Shown here piece by piece: positions 25,295-33,668 of a stretch of DNA of 64,000 nucleotides (position 1 is its first letter; the number at the start of each line of letters is the position of its first letter). Origin of the DNA: a virus. The notes under the pieces were generated by a model. The model did no database searches, was not told where the DNA came from, and saw only the letters and a program-made list of their open reading frames with translations. The DNA is taken from IMG/VR virus record IMGVR_UViG_3300045988_060960; one strand, written 5' to 3'. The position numbers and the translations under genes are program-made.

Positions 25295-25737
25295 CAGTTT
25301 GTACCTCCTTCAGAAATGGCAAGAGTGCTGACAAGGGAATCCAGCTCGCATACGGCGTCCTCAATGGCGCTCATACGCTCATCATTCATCTCGTCCTGCT
25401 CACACATGGCGTCCTCGATCTCGCTCATCCGGGTGCCGGTCAGCTCGTCCTGCTCACACAGGGCGTCTTCCAGCGCGGCAGTGCTCTCGTTGACCTGCTG
25501 GATAACAGGCCCGGTCTTATCGACGGCACGGTAATGCCGGTCGATCTCGTACCAGTCGTAGCAGTTGCCCTCCACGTCCTCGGCGCTCTCGATTTTCCGC
25601 ACGACGCGGAAGTTATCGGTGATGGTCTGGTCGGGGAATGTCTGCTCGATCTGGTGGAACCCGGTCAGGTCGGTGTGGGAATCGCCCTTTGTTTTGAGGA
25701 CTTCGATTTCGCCCTGCGTTCCAAATACGTATTCCAA
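25294..25737 (-). CDS. Hypothetical protein in the XkdW position, with EDAxCEQDE repeats
   Basis: A TTG start follows AAAGGAGGA. The repeats are EDALCEQDE, EDAMCEQDE and EDAVCELD. Confidence 0.6.
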   Translation of the reverse strand: MEYVFGTQGEIEVLKTKGDSHTDLTGFHQIEQTFPDQTITDNFRVVRKIESAEDVEGNCYDWYEIDRHYRAVDKTGPVIQQVNESTAALEDALCEQDELTGTRMSEIEDAMCEQDEMNDERMSAIEDAVCELDSLVSTLAISEGGTN

Positions 25738-26861
25738 GTGAGTTCCTCCTTTCGCTGCTTCTGCCGGATGATGCGCTTCAGCTCACGCATGAGACGTTCA
25801 CCTTGGAACAGCATCCGATAGATGTTGTGATTATTGCAGTGTTTCAACTGCCCGAGGCGGGAGAGCAGACTGGCCGCCGCTCCTGCCAAAATGCGCTTTT
25901 TCAAGCGTCTCCGCTTTCGATAACGAGCGATAGCCCGTTTAATGCGGAGAAGATTGTGTTTACGCGGGATGGTGTAACCGCGCCCATAGCGATAGCCTAC
26001 TGCATCAGGCATACGCTCTTTCGGCCTCTCATACCCGCGTCTTGGAGGGTTTAACGGGACGCGTGGATTCCTCCTCACTGTCGGGAATATCTGCCAATCG
26101 GCTTTGAGCCGGAGCTGATGGGCATTCAGCCATGTCTCCACGAGCACACGCAGCTTCTTCAGCTTGCGTTTGTTCGAGCCAAAAATGGTAAGGTTATCCA
26201 TGTAGCGGACGTAGTGCTTGCACAGCCCGCTCTCCCGGATAAGCATGTCCAGCGGCTGCAAGACCGTGTTGGCAAACCACTGAGAGGTATAGGCCCCAAT
26301 CAAAACGCCATCCTTGATGACGCGCCAAATGAGGTCGAGAACGCGATAGTCTTTGATGAGCTGGCGCATACGGTCCATCACGACCTCCGGCTTCAGGCTG
26401 TCGTAGAAGTGGTGGATGTCACCGCAGAACTCATACTTCGTCCCGCGAGGGTCTTTGTCCATCCAGATCTCGATGGCTTTCCGGGCGTGATGCGGGCCTC
26501 TGTCACGGATGCTCCCGCAGCAGTAGTAATCCATCCCGCGCATGAACACAGGCTGCAACACCTGAATCAGAGCGTGGTGGACGTACTGGTCGGGCCACTG
26601 GACCGGCTCGCTGACCGTGCGCCATTTCCGGGCGCTGGCGTCCCATCGCTGAGACACGTGAGGTTTCTTCTGCTCGAAACCGTCGATGATGATTTGCCGC
26701 AGCTCCTTGACGCGCTCCTCCTTTGTTTCCTCCACCCATGCGGTGCAAGAGTTCGGACGATGATGCGTTCGCCAGTGGTGAGTGCGGTTCACCTCGTCGA
26801 TGGCAAGCAGCAGGTTGTCATCAGATACGAGCTTCTCAAAGAGATTCTTTGCTCGCTTCAC
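25665..26861 (-). CDS. DGR-type reverse transcriptase
   Basis: It has NLFEKLVSDDNLLLAIDEV, HHALIQVLQPVF, the DGR hallmark IGAYTSQWFANTVL, and the catalytic box YVRYMDNLTIFG. The GTG start at 26861 follows AAAAGGAGGA plus 9 nt. The upstream in-frame part of the ORF is the TR. Confidence 0.9.
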   Translation of the reverse strand: MKRAKNLFEKLVSDDNLLLAIDEVNRTHHWRTHHRPNSCTAWVEETKEERVKELRQIIIDGFEQKKPHVSQRWDASARKWRTVSEPVQWPDQYVHHALIQVLQPVFMRGMDYYCCGSIRDRGPHHARKAIEIWMDKDPRGTKYEFCGDIHHFYDSLKPEVVMDRMRQLIKDYRVLDLIWRVIKDGVLIGAYTSQWFANTVLQPLDMLIRESGLCKHYVRYMDNLTIFGSNKRKLKKLRVLVETWLNAHQLRLKADWQIFPTVRRNPRVPLNPPRRGYERPKERMPDAVGYRYGRGYTIPRKHNLLRIKRAIARYRKRRRLKKRILAGAAASLLSRLGQLKHCNNHNIYRMLFQGERLMRELKRIIRQKQRKEELTWNTYLERRAKSKSSKQRAIPTPT

Positions 26862-27004
26862 AGGGATGTTCCTCCTTTTAGCTGTACGGGCTTTCCAGCG
26901 CCTCCGCAGAGGTGTACTAACCCGCTCCCCAAATTTGCTTATCTTCACCAAGGGGTGCGCGACTACCTGTGCCGTGAAATGGAGGATTAAGCAAAGCACA
27001 AAAA

Positions 27005-27147
27005 GGATGCGGCAGCCGATGTTCGCGTTCGAGTTCGAGACGTCGTTGTAGTTGACGTAGAACAGGCCGTGGTTGGTGTTCTGGTTGTAGTTGCCACCAA
27101 CGTAGAGGCACGGGTTCGACGAGTTGAAGTTCCAGTTATCGCACGTA
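27005..27147 (-). repeat. DGR template repeat (TR)
   Basis: 143 bp aligned to 27265-27407 (offset 260). It is rich in AAC codons on the minus strand (translates as CDNWNFNSSNPCLYVGGNYNQNTNHGLFYVNYNDVSNSNANIGCR). Confidence 0.9.
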
Positions 27148-27189
27148 ACCCAGAACGATGACATCGGCACTGCACAGGTAGCCCCGGTT

Positions 27190-27259
27190 GGTCCCCGCGC
27201 CTACGGCGCGGGTCCCTTATGAGGGGGCTTCGCCCCCTCAAACTCCCCCATTAGGGGAG
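27190..27259 (-). promoter_or_regulatory. Three consecutive GC-rich hairpins between VR and TR
   Basis: Hairpins: CTCCCC/GGGGAG (27243-27259, including the stop codon), GAGGGGGC-TTC-GCCCCCTC (27221-27239), and CCCGCGCC-TAC-GGCGCGGG (about 27193-27213). Confidence 0.6.
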
Positions 27260-29350
27260 TTCTTGGAGGCGGCAGCCGATGTTCGCGTACGAGTACGAGA
27301 CGCCGTTGAAGTAGACGAAGAACAGGCCGCGGTAGGTGCTCTGGACGTAGTAGCCACCAACGCAGAGGCACGGGTACGACGAGTTGAAGTACCAGTAATC
27401 GCACGAATACGTAGAATCGCTGCCACTGGACGCAGACGGCGCGAACACCGGGAACCCAGCCTGAGTTCTCACTGTGAACTTAGAAGGATAACCGCTCGTT
27501 AGCGTACCCACGTTCACGCCGTTGGCGCTGTCGCTGAACTGGTTGGGATTCTTGATGACGTTCAGGCCGCTGCCGTTGTAATAGCAACCGTCCATCCAGT
27601 CGTACACGTTATCCCACAAGCCCTCGATGTTGCGGTACTGGGTACCGCAGCCGTAGGTGGTGCGGGAGTTCTTCGTGGTGCCGGTATGGTAGGGCATACT
27701 GTCGGTGTACCCCATATTCTCGGTGTTGCTGTCGTTACCGCAGCCATACCCGATTTTCGCCTGAGAGTTCCAATCGGCGAACTCCACAATGTAGAGCAGC
27801 CAGATGGTGAAACGCATCAGGAAGTCCATCTGCCAGATGTTCGCGCCGAGGCCATGAATGGTGGAACGAGCACTGGACCGGGTGATGTTCGCCTTGGGGC
27901 GCTGGCCGCTGGTGGACTTGTTGCTGGACGTGCCGCAGTGATAACGACCGATGTACACGACATCGCGCTCGCCCTTGCCGTCGCCCCTGTCCATGTGGGC
28001 GGGGGAAACAGAAAAGCCGCTCTGCGCTCTGTCGGCGATCTGGATTTTCAGGCCGTTGCCGTTCTGGGTCAGCTTGTACCAGAACTTCGGGATGGCGACC
28101 ATCGTACCGCCGGTGCGCTCGCTCTTGACCATGCCCGCCCACGGCTGCAAATCGTCGAAGGGAGAGCTGTACTTACTTGCGCCCTGCACATACGGCACGG
28201 GGTCAGTGAAGCCCGCCGCCTCATCGGTGCGGGTCCACTTGGTCGTGCTGCTGCCATCCCAGCTCGCGCCGTAGATGTGGACCATGTTGGTCACGTTGAC
28301 CGTAAAGGTCTTGTTGGCGGGAGCGTTGTGGTTCGTGCCAGCCGCGACCTTTACGGTTACAGTCACGTTGCCCTCATCGAGCGCGGTGACGTTTACCTTG
28401 TTGCCGCTGACCGACACGCTGACGACATCGGGGTCGCCGGACGTGGCGGTAATCGCACCGTCGCCCGCACGGGTCACAGTGACGGAGCCGGTAGGCGAAT
28501 CGCCGTTCAGCGACAGCGAAGTCGGATTGAGGCTCAGAGAGCCAGCAGCCTTGGCAATGCTCCACGCCACGGTCTTGGCGGTGGTCGTGCCGTCGCTCCA
28601 CTGGTAGCCGGGCTTCGGAGTGAAGCTGGCATTGTAGCTGCCGGCGTTGGTGCCGCTGGTCGTGCCGCCCAGTGTCAGCTCGGCGCTGTTGTAATCGTCG
28701 AACGTGGGGGTCTGCGCCTGACCGGTGTAGGTCAAGCTCTCGCCCTGAGACGGGATGGCCGCAATGGGGATTTTGACGGTGGCGGTGTAGTTCTCGTCGG
28801 CCTCCGTCACGTTGACCTCTACGGACGCAGAGGTCTTGCCGGAAATTGTGGCGCTTACCGTGTATTTGCCGGCCTTCTTGACCGAGATCGCAGCCACGCC
28901 GCTGCCGTTGGCGGTTGCGGTGTAGGCGCTGCCACCGAGGACAGCCTTTGCCTCCGCGTTGGGGGCAGTCGTGACCGTAATGGTCGCGGTGAACACGGCC
29001 AGCGTGACTTCATACTGGCCGAAGTACGCGCCGGTGGTCACGGTTGCGGAATACTGCTCGCCAGACGCTGTGCTCGCGCTGACGGTGTACTCCGTGTTGC
29101 AGTTCTTGACGCTGACGGAATCCACAAGACCCTCCGGCACGGTGCCGGTCTTGGTGTCCCCCGCGCCGTCAGTAACCGTGTACTGCTGGCCGGCAAAGTC
29201 AGCGTCGAACGTGATTTTCAGGACGCACCCGGAACCGCCGCCCCCTTCAAGCGCCTCGTTCGCCTTCTCCAACGCGCTGTTGGCAAGGGCGCGAACCGCT
29301 TCAAGCTCGGGACCGCTCACGCCGGGTACGTTTACACTTCCATAGCCCAT
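27251..29350 (-). CDS. DGR target: receptor-binding tail-fibre protein with Ig-like repeats and a C-terminal FGE-sulfatase/C-type-lectin-like VR domain
   Basis: 699 aa. The central region has T/S/V-rich beta repeats. The C-terminus ...YIGRYHCG...GLWDNVYDWMDG...CDYWYFNSSYPCLCVGGYYVQSTYRGLFFVYFNGVSYSYANIGCRLQELP carries the VR. Confidence 0.85.
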   Translation of the reverse strand: MGYGSVNVPGVSGPELEAVRALANSALEKANEALEGGGGSGCVLKITFDADFAGQQYTVTDGAGDTKTGTVPEGLVDSVSVKNCNTEYTVSASTASGEQYSATVTTGAYFGQYEVTLAVFTATITVTTAPNAEAKAVLGGSAYTATANGSGVAAISVKKAGKYTVSATISGKTSASVEVNVTEADENYTATVKIPIAAIPSQGESLTYTGQAQTPTFDDYNSAELTLGGTTSGTNAGSYNASFTPKPGYQWSDGTTTAKTVAWSIAKAAGSLSLNPTSLSLNGDSPTGSVTVTRAGDGAITATSGDPDVVSVSVSGNKVNVTALDEGNVTVTVKVAAGTNHNAPANKTFTVNVTNMVHIYGASWDGSSTTKWTRTDEAAGFTDPVPYVQGASKYSSPFDDLQPWAGMVKSERTGGTMVAIPKFWYKLTQNGNGLKIQIADRAQSGFSVSPAHMDRGDGKGERDVVYIGRYHCGTSSNKSTSGQRPKANITRSSARSTIHGLGANIWQMDFLMRFTIWLLYIVEFADWNSQAKIGYGCGNDSNTENMGYTDSMPYHTGTTKNSRTTYGCGTQYRNIEGLWDNVYDWMDGCYYNGSGLNVIKNPNQFSDSANGVNVGTLTSGYPSKFTVRTQAGFPVFAPSASSGSDSTYSCDYWYFNSSYPCLCVGGYYVQSTYRGLFFVYFNGVSYSYANIGCRLQELP
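27265..27407 (-). repeat. DGR variable repeat (VR) at the 3' end of the target gene
   Basis: By my manual alignment there are 18 mismatches to the TR. Every one is at a position where the TR coding (minus) strand has A. The first non-A mismatch (27148/27408) marks the repeat boundary. Confidence 0.9.
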
Positions 29351-29354
29351 AGGC

Positions 29355-29744
29355 TTACTCCTTTCCTTCCTGAATCCGATACTTCACAGAGATGGCCGAC
29401 GCCGGGACCTGCAAAGCGCGGAACCGGAGCTTGCCGTCCTGCGTCTCCACAGTCGGGCAGAGGCCGCAAGCAACAGCAGCACTGACAGAGGCAGGATCGA
29501 GGAAGACCCTCACGTCATCAGCCGCCGTAACGCCCGCTGCGGTGAAGTCGTAGTATTGCGGGTAAGCATTGGTATCAGCAGACCACCCTGTCGCTGGAAT
29601 CGTTGCCGACACCTCCTGCGACTTGTCCGGCTTCTGAGCATCCATTTCCTCCAAAGCCTCCGCAGCGGCGCTCGCTACTTCGGCAATTTCGGACTTCGCT
29701 TGCAGAGCCAAAGACTTCAGATGGTCAAGGGTTACAACTGCCAA
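29355..29744 (-). CDS. Hypothetical tail-fibre-associated protein
   Basis: 129 aa. A TTG start follows AGGAGG. Confidence 0.6.
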   Translation of the reverse strand: MAVVTLDHLKSLALQAKSEIAEVASAAAEALEEMDAQKPDKSQEVSATIPATGWSADTNAYPQYYDFTAAGVTAADDVRVFLDPASVSAAVACGLCPTVETQDGKLRFRALQVPASAISVKYRIQEGKE

Positions 29745-29824
29745 TGTGAATCACCTCCTAATTTTTCTGAGAACGGACCAGCCCTCCACAACCCGCCCAT
29801 CGGTCCGCTCGTCAGGTCTCTATC

Positions 29825-30742
29825 TTAGGCGGTGGGGAAAATCTCGGCCAGCATTTCCGTGACCTCCTCATCGGTGGCGATAGTCACCACGGGGGTCTCG
29901 GAACCGTTAATCTTGATGTTGCCGGGAGTGGTGCTGGCCTCGACCTTAGTCGCGCCAGCGGCGACGTCCTCGACCTTGGCGAAGTGCTCCTTGGACATCA
30001 GACCGTCGGCCTCAGCAGTGGCCTTCTGGTAGGTGGTGTCCTGACCGGGGATGCCCAGACCGGTGATGTCCTCCTTGGTGACAGCCTCAGCGTCAGACAC
30101 ATGACCCTGAGCGTCCACAGTTACCTTGTACAGCCCGCTCTCGTGAGCAGTGTGGGCAGGGTGGGTGTAGTTGTTTGCGCCCTCTGCGATGCCGTCCAGC
30201 TTGGCCTTGTCAGCGGCGGACATAGCGCCGGCGGTGCTGGCGGTAGCCACATCCAGCTTGAAGCCGGCAGCGGTCACGCCGAGGCCGTTGGCATTGGCGG
30301 TGTCAATCCTTGCAGAAATCAGGTTCTGGGCGCTGACCTCGATGCCGTTGCCGCCGGTGTAGGCGTCCACCAGCTCATTGACGGGCAGGTAGACGTGGGA
30401 GGCGGTGTCATCGGCGCTCTTGCTGTTGATAACAAAGTCGATGTACAGGTCGCCCACCTGAGCACCCTCGTAGGGGGTATCAGCGGTTTCGACGGTCTTG
30501 ATGTCAGCACTGTTGACGAGGAAGTCCTTGGGAATGTTAATCTTCTCGCCCACCTGGGCACCATCCTTGGTCAGATAGTAGGTGGACAGGAAGCCGGTCT
30601 CAGCAGTAGCCTGCTTGGCCACGCTGTACTCGGGGACCTTGATGGCGGCCAGCTCCGCTTTGGTGGCGTAATCAGACTTGATCTTGTTCGCCAGAGACTT
30701 CAGGTGGCCGAGCTTGGTGAGCTTGTTGACATCGTAACTCAT
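29825..30742 (-). CDS. Tail-fibre component
   Basis: 305 aa. It starts MSYD..K and ends with the shared tag IATDEEVTEMLAEIFPTA. Confidence 0.65.
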   Translation of the reverse strand: MSYDVNKLTKLGHLKSLANKIKSDYATKAELAAIKVPEYSVAKQATAETGFLSTYYLTKDGAQVGEKINIPKDFLVNSADIKTVETADTPYEGAQVGDLYIDFVINSKSADDTASHVYLPVNELVDAYTGGNGIEVSAQNLISARIDTANANGLGVTAAGFKLDVATASTAGAMSAADKAKLDGIAEGANNYTHPAHTAHESGLYKVTVDAQGHVSDAEAVTKEDITGLGIPGQDTTYQKATAEADGLMSKEHFAKVEDVAAGATKVEASTTPGNIKINGSETPVVTIATDEEVTEMLAEIFPTA

Positions 30743-30775
30743 GATAAAATCCTCCTAATAAGTTTTGGTATTATC

Positions 30776-31126
30776 TCAGGCTTCGGGGTCTTCCGAGCCA
30801 AAGATTTCGGAAATCATCTCAGCGACTTCGCCGTCAGTGGCGATACGGTCATCCACGATGGCGTCCACGTCGCCTTCGAGGTCTCCGGTGCCGAGAGCTT
30901 CCAGCTCGCCGGCGGCGTTCTTAATCTGGTAGACGGTGGAGACGCCTTCCTCCACCACAGCGATGACCTGACCGACATAGGCGGTCGGGTTGGTCTGTGC
31001 GTAGGTTTGCGCGTCGGACATAGAGTAGAACACCGAGTTTTTGTCCAGCGGGAAAGCATCCTGCCGGGACATACTCAGCGGGAACTCCATAAAGGCAAAA
31101 CTCTTGTCAGAACCGTTGATAGCCAT
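30776..31126 (-). CDS. Small tail-fibre-associated protein
   Basis: 116 aa. It ends with IATDGEVAEMISEIFGSEDPEA. Confidence 0.6.
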   Translation of the reverse strand: MAINGSDKSFAFMEFPLSMSRQDAFPLDKNSVFYSMSDAQTYAQTNPTAYVGQVIAVVEEGVSTVYQIKNAAGELEALGTGDLEGDVDAIVDDRIATDGEVAEMISEIFGSEDPEA

Positions 31127-31142
31127 ACTTCATTCCCTCCTC

Positions 31143-32585
31143 TCAGCCCAGCGTGACCTTCAGGGTCGCGGCGTTCTCGTAAGGCACAGCAGGCTCAAAC
31201 ACCCACACGTTGTACGCAACGGCGGTGTAGCCCTCAGCGCCCTCGACATTGACGGAAGACTGCGTAAAGGTGCCGGTCACGTCGGCGTTCATCGCGGTCT
31301 CGTTGATGACCTTGGTCACGCCGGTCTTGCCAGCGATGCAGGCGATGACCACACGCTGCGCCCCGGCAGGGACGTTGATAGTCAGCGTACCGGCGGCATA
31401 CGCCTTGTTGCTCTTGGTCAGACCCCGGATGTAGGCACTGTCAACGGTGGGCTTCTCTGTGGTGGCCCCGTAGAAGTAGTTCCGGTAGGGCGTGTAGGCC
31501 CCGGTGGTCTTCTCCTTCGTACCGGAAGCGATGTTCACGGCAGGGTCAGAGGCGCTGCCGAGGTTGTCGTTGGCAGTCACACCAGCGCCGTGAGTGGCGA
31601 TGGCCTTGTACTTCAGGGACGCCACGACGTTCTCGCCGCCCTGGTCTCCGATGATAAAGCCATCGCCGCCATTGTTATCGGAACCGGCGCTCAGGCTGGC
31701 AGCGTCCACGCTGGCAATCTGCTCAGTGCCGCCGTCAGTGATACGCTGCACCACCCAGTTGGAGGCGGTGACACCGGTCTCCGGGCCGTACTGGTAGCTG
31801 CCGGGGTTCAGATTGCCTGCCGTATACGCAGCAGACGCCAGAGAGGTGCCGGCCTCCACAGCCTTCGCACCGGACAGGTTGAACCCGCTGATGCTGGGCT
31901 GGGCGGTGATAGTGGGCTGAAGGCGTTTGCTCAGGATTTCGGTGAACACGTCCAGCACACTCTTGCCCTTAGAGCTGAGAGTGGCGGTGCCGTCCGCGTT
32001 CTTGGTCAGGTTGCCGAACTGGGTGTAGTTGCCGGCCAGCGTGATGTTCTCCGGCATAATCACCTTGTCGGCATCCACATTACCGGTGATGCTCACCCAG
32101 TCCTCGCCGTCGAAACGGTAGGCGGTCATCTCATAGGTGATGCTGTCCACCACAGTGACCACAGCAAACATATCTCCGGCCTTCGGGGTAATGTCGCTGT
32201 GCTCAGTGAAGTACGCCTCGATGACCGAAGCGTCGGTCGCTTCAAGGTCGGTCTTGGTGCCGGTGTACACCGCACCGCCGCCCACGCCGTTGAGCGCCTC
32301 AGCCAGATCATCGTCGGTTACGTAGCCGTCCAGACTGACGGTGGTATCGTCGAGCAGCTCGACCACACCATCAATCAGGGCGTACACGTCGTAATGGCCG
32401 GTCTCATCGTTGTGGACGAGGTACAGCACGTTTTCCTCAGCCGTGCCAGCGTCAGGCACGGTATCGGACTTCTGGAAGCGGGCGTGGCCCGCTTTGGAAA
32501 TCGCGGCGAGATATTCCGTCTTAATGCGGGTCGCCGTGTCCTTCAGGGCTTTTACGTTTACGACCTTGGTCTCGTCATAAGCCAT
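31143..32585 (-). CDS. Tail-fibre / structural protein
   Basis: 480 aa. It starts MAYD..K, similar to 29825-30742. The composition is beta-rich. Confidence 0.65.
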   Translation of the reverse strand: MAYDETKVVNVKALKDTATRIKTEYLAAISKAGHARFQKSDTVPDAGTAEENVLYLVHNDETGHYDVYALIDGVVELLDDTTVSLDGYVTDDDLAEALNGVGGGAVYTGTKTDLEATDASVIEAYFTEHSDITPKAGDMFAVVTVVDSITYEMTAYRFDGEDWVSITGNVDADKVIMPENITLAGNYTQFGNLTKNADGTATLSSKGKSVLDVFTEILSKRLQPTITAQPSISGFNLSGAKAVEAGTSLASAAYTAGNLNPGSYQYGPETGVTASNWVVQRITDGGTEQIASVDAASLSAGSDNNGGDGFIIGDQGGENVVASLKYKAIATHGAGVTANDNLGSASDPAVNIASGTKEKTTGAYTPYRNYFYGATTEKPTVDSAYIRGLTKSNKAYAAGTLTINVPAGAQRVVIACIAGKTGVTKVINETAMNADVTGTFTQSSVNVEGAEGYTAVAYNVWVFEPAVPYENAATLKVTLG

Positions 32586-32606
32586 ATTTCGGTCTCCTCC
32601 TATTTC

Positions 32607-33653
32607 TTAGTTTTGCGGTTCGTTTTCCTCGGGCGGGAACACCTCGTCAAGCATCTGCTCCGTGTCGCCGGTGGTCACGATGGCCTCGTCGGGAAGGCCG
32701 GAGCCTTCATACGAGAGTGTGCCATCGGGCGTGGTGGAGAATCCGTCGCCGAGTTTTACGCCGCCCAAGCGGTCCTTAGTTGCTACTGGCAATACATAGG
32801 TGCCACCCCCTCCACTGATGCCGCCGTCGGCAGACAGCAACACGAGGGTAGCCGCCATGTCCTCCGTCGGCGCTTGCTGCACCCAGAACCGCACAGCGCC
32901 GTCAAGCACACGGGAAGATGTGCTCATGCCGGCTGCCTTTGCGATATTCTGGGCGGCTTTATGCAACATGACCTGCGGAATCAAGCCCTCAACAGCCTCC
33001 TCAACGGGGAGGTCCAGATAAAGCTCTCCTTCCACAATGTCTTCTGCATCTTCCAAATCCGCGCTGCTGGCCCAGCCGGCGGCGGGAATCGTGATTTCGA
33101 CCTCGGCCACATCGCCACCGCCGCCCAGACTGCCGCCGTGGGCGTTGGGGTCTGAGTTGTGGTCGGCAATCATCTGCTGCACCTGAGAAACGGTGGCGAT
33201 GGCCTCCGGGTCGATGATCGCAGTGACGGCATCTACGTCACCAACTGCGGCGATGAGGTCAAACGTGGCGAGCTTGCCAACGATGGAGCTGGCAGGCCGA
33301 ATCCACTCCGGTTCGTTTTCAAGGGACAGATAGGTGAACGGGACTTCGCCCTCATCCGGGTCCTCGGCGAACAGCACGATGTTCGTCAGGTAGAAACCCG
33401 CCGCCACGTTGTCGCTTTTGATTTGCACCGTGACTTGGCACTCGCCGTCCACGGGATTGGTGACTGCGGCAATCATCGCATCCATGACGTAGCCAGCAGG
33501 CTCCATCATGGTCTTGGGCGTCAAACCCTCTGGAATCTGGCCGCTGCCTGCTGCCGCCCTCGTGTATTTCATCGAGCATCTACCCGCGAGGACTTTTCCA
33601 ATCAGGCTCACGCCGGTGAGGGAACCGTAGCTCCCGTCTTCAAACTTGGACAT
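32607..33653 (-). CDS. Tail-fibre / baseplate-proximal fibre protein
   Basis: 348 aa. It ends with IVTTGDTEQMLDEVFPPEENEPQN. Confidence 0.65.
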   Translation of the reverse strand: MSKFEDGSYGSLTGVSLIGKVLAGRCSMKYTRAAAGSGQIPEGLTPKTMMEPAGYVMDAMIAAVTNPVDGECQVTVQIKSDNVAAGFYLTNIVLFAEDPDEGEVPFTYLSLENEPEWIRPASSIVGKLATFDLIAAVGDVDAVTAIIDPEAIATVSQVQQMIADHNSDPNAHGGSLGGGGDVAEVEITIPAAGWASSADLEDAEDIVEGELYLDLPVEEAVEGLIPQVMLHKAAQNIAKAAGMSTSSRVLDGAVRFWVQQAPTEDMAATLVLLSADGGISGGGGTYVLPVATKDRLGGVKLGDGFSTTPDGTLSYEGSGLPDEAIVTTGDTEQMLDEVFPPEENEPQN

Positions 33654-33668
33654 AATCGCTCCTCCTTC

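Larger units (their letters stand above)
25665..29350 (-). mobile_element. Diversity-generating retroelement (target gene with VR, hairpins, TR, RT)
   Basis: See the component features. The VR/TR pair shows adenine-specific mismatches and is followed by a DGR-type RT. Confidence 0.9.

Noticed and set aside
26862-27170. An N-terminal extension of the RT ORF (MPMSSFWVTCDNWNFNSS...), giving a 501-aa protein.
   Set aside because: This part is the DGR template repeat. It stays open only because it is a copy of the coding VR. The RT has its own GTG start with a strong ribosome-binding site at 26861.
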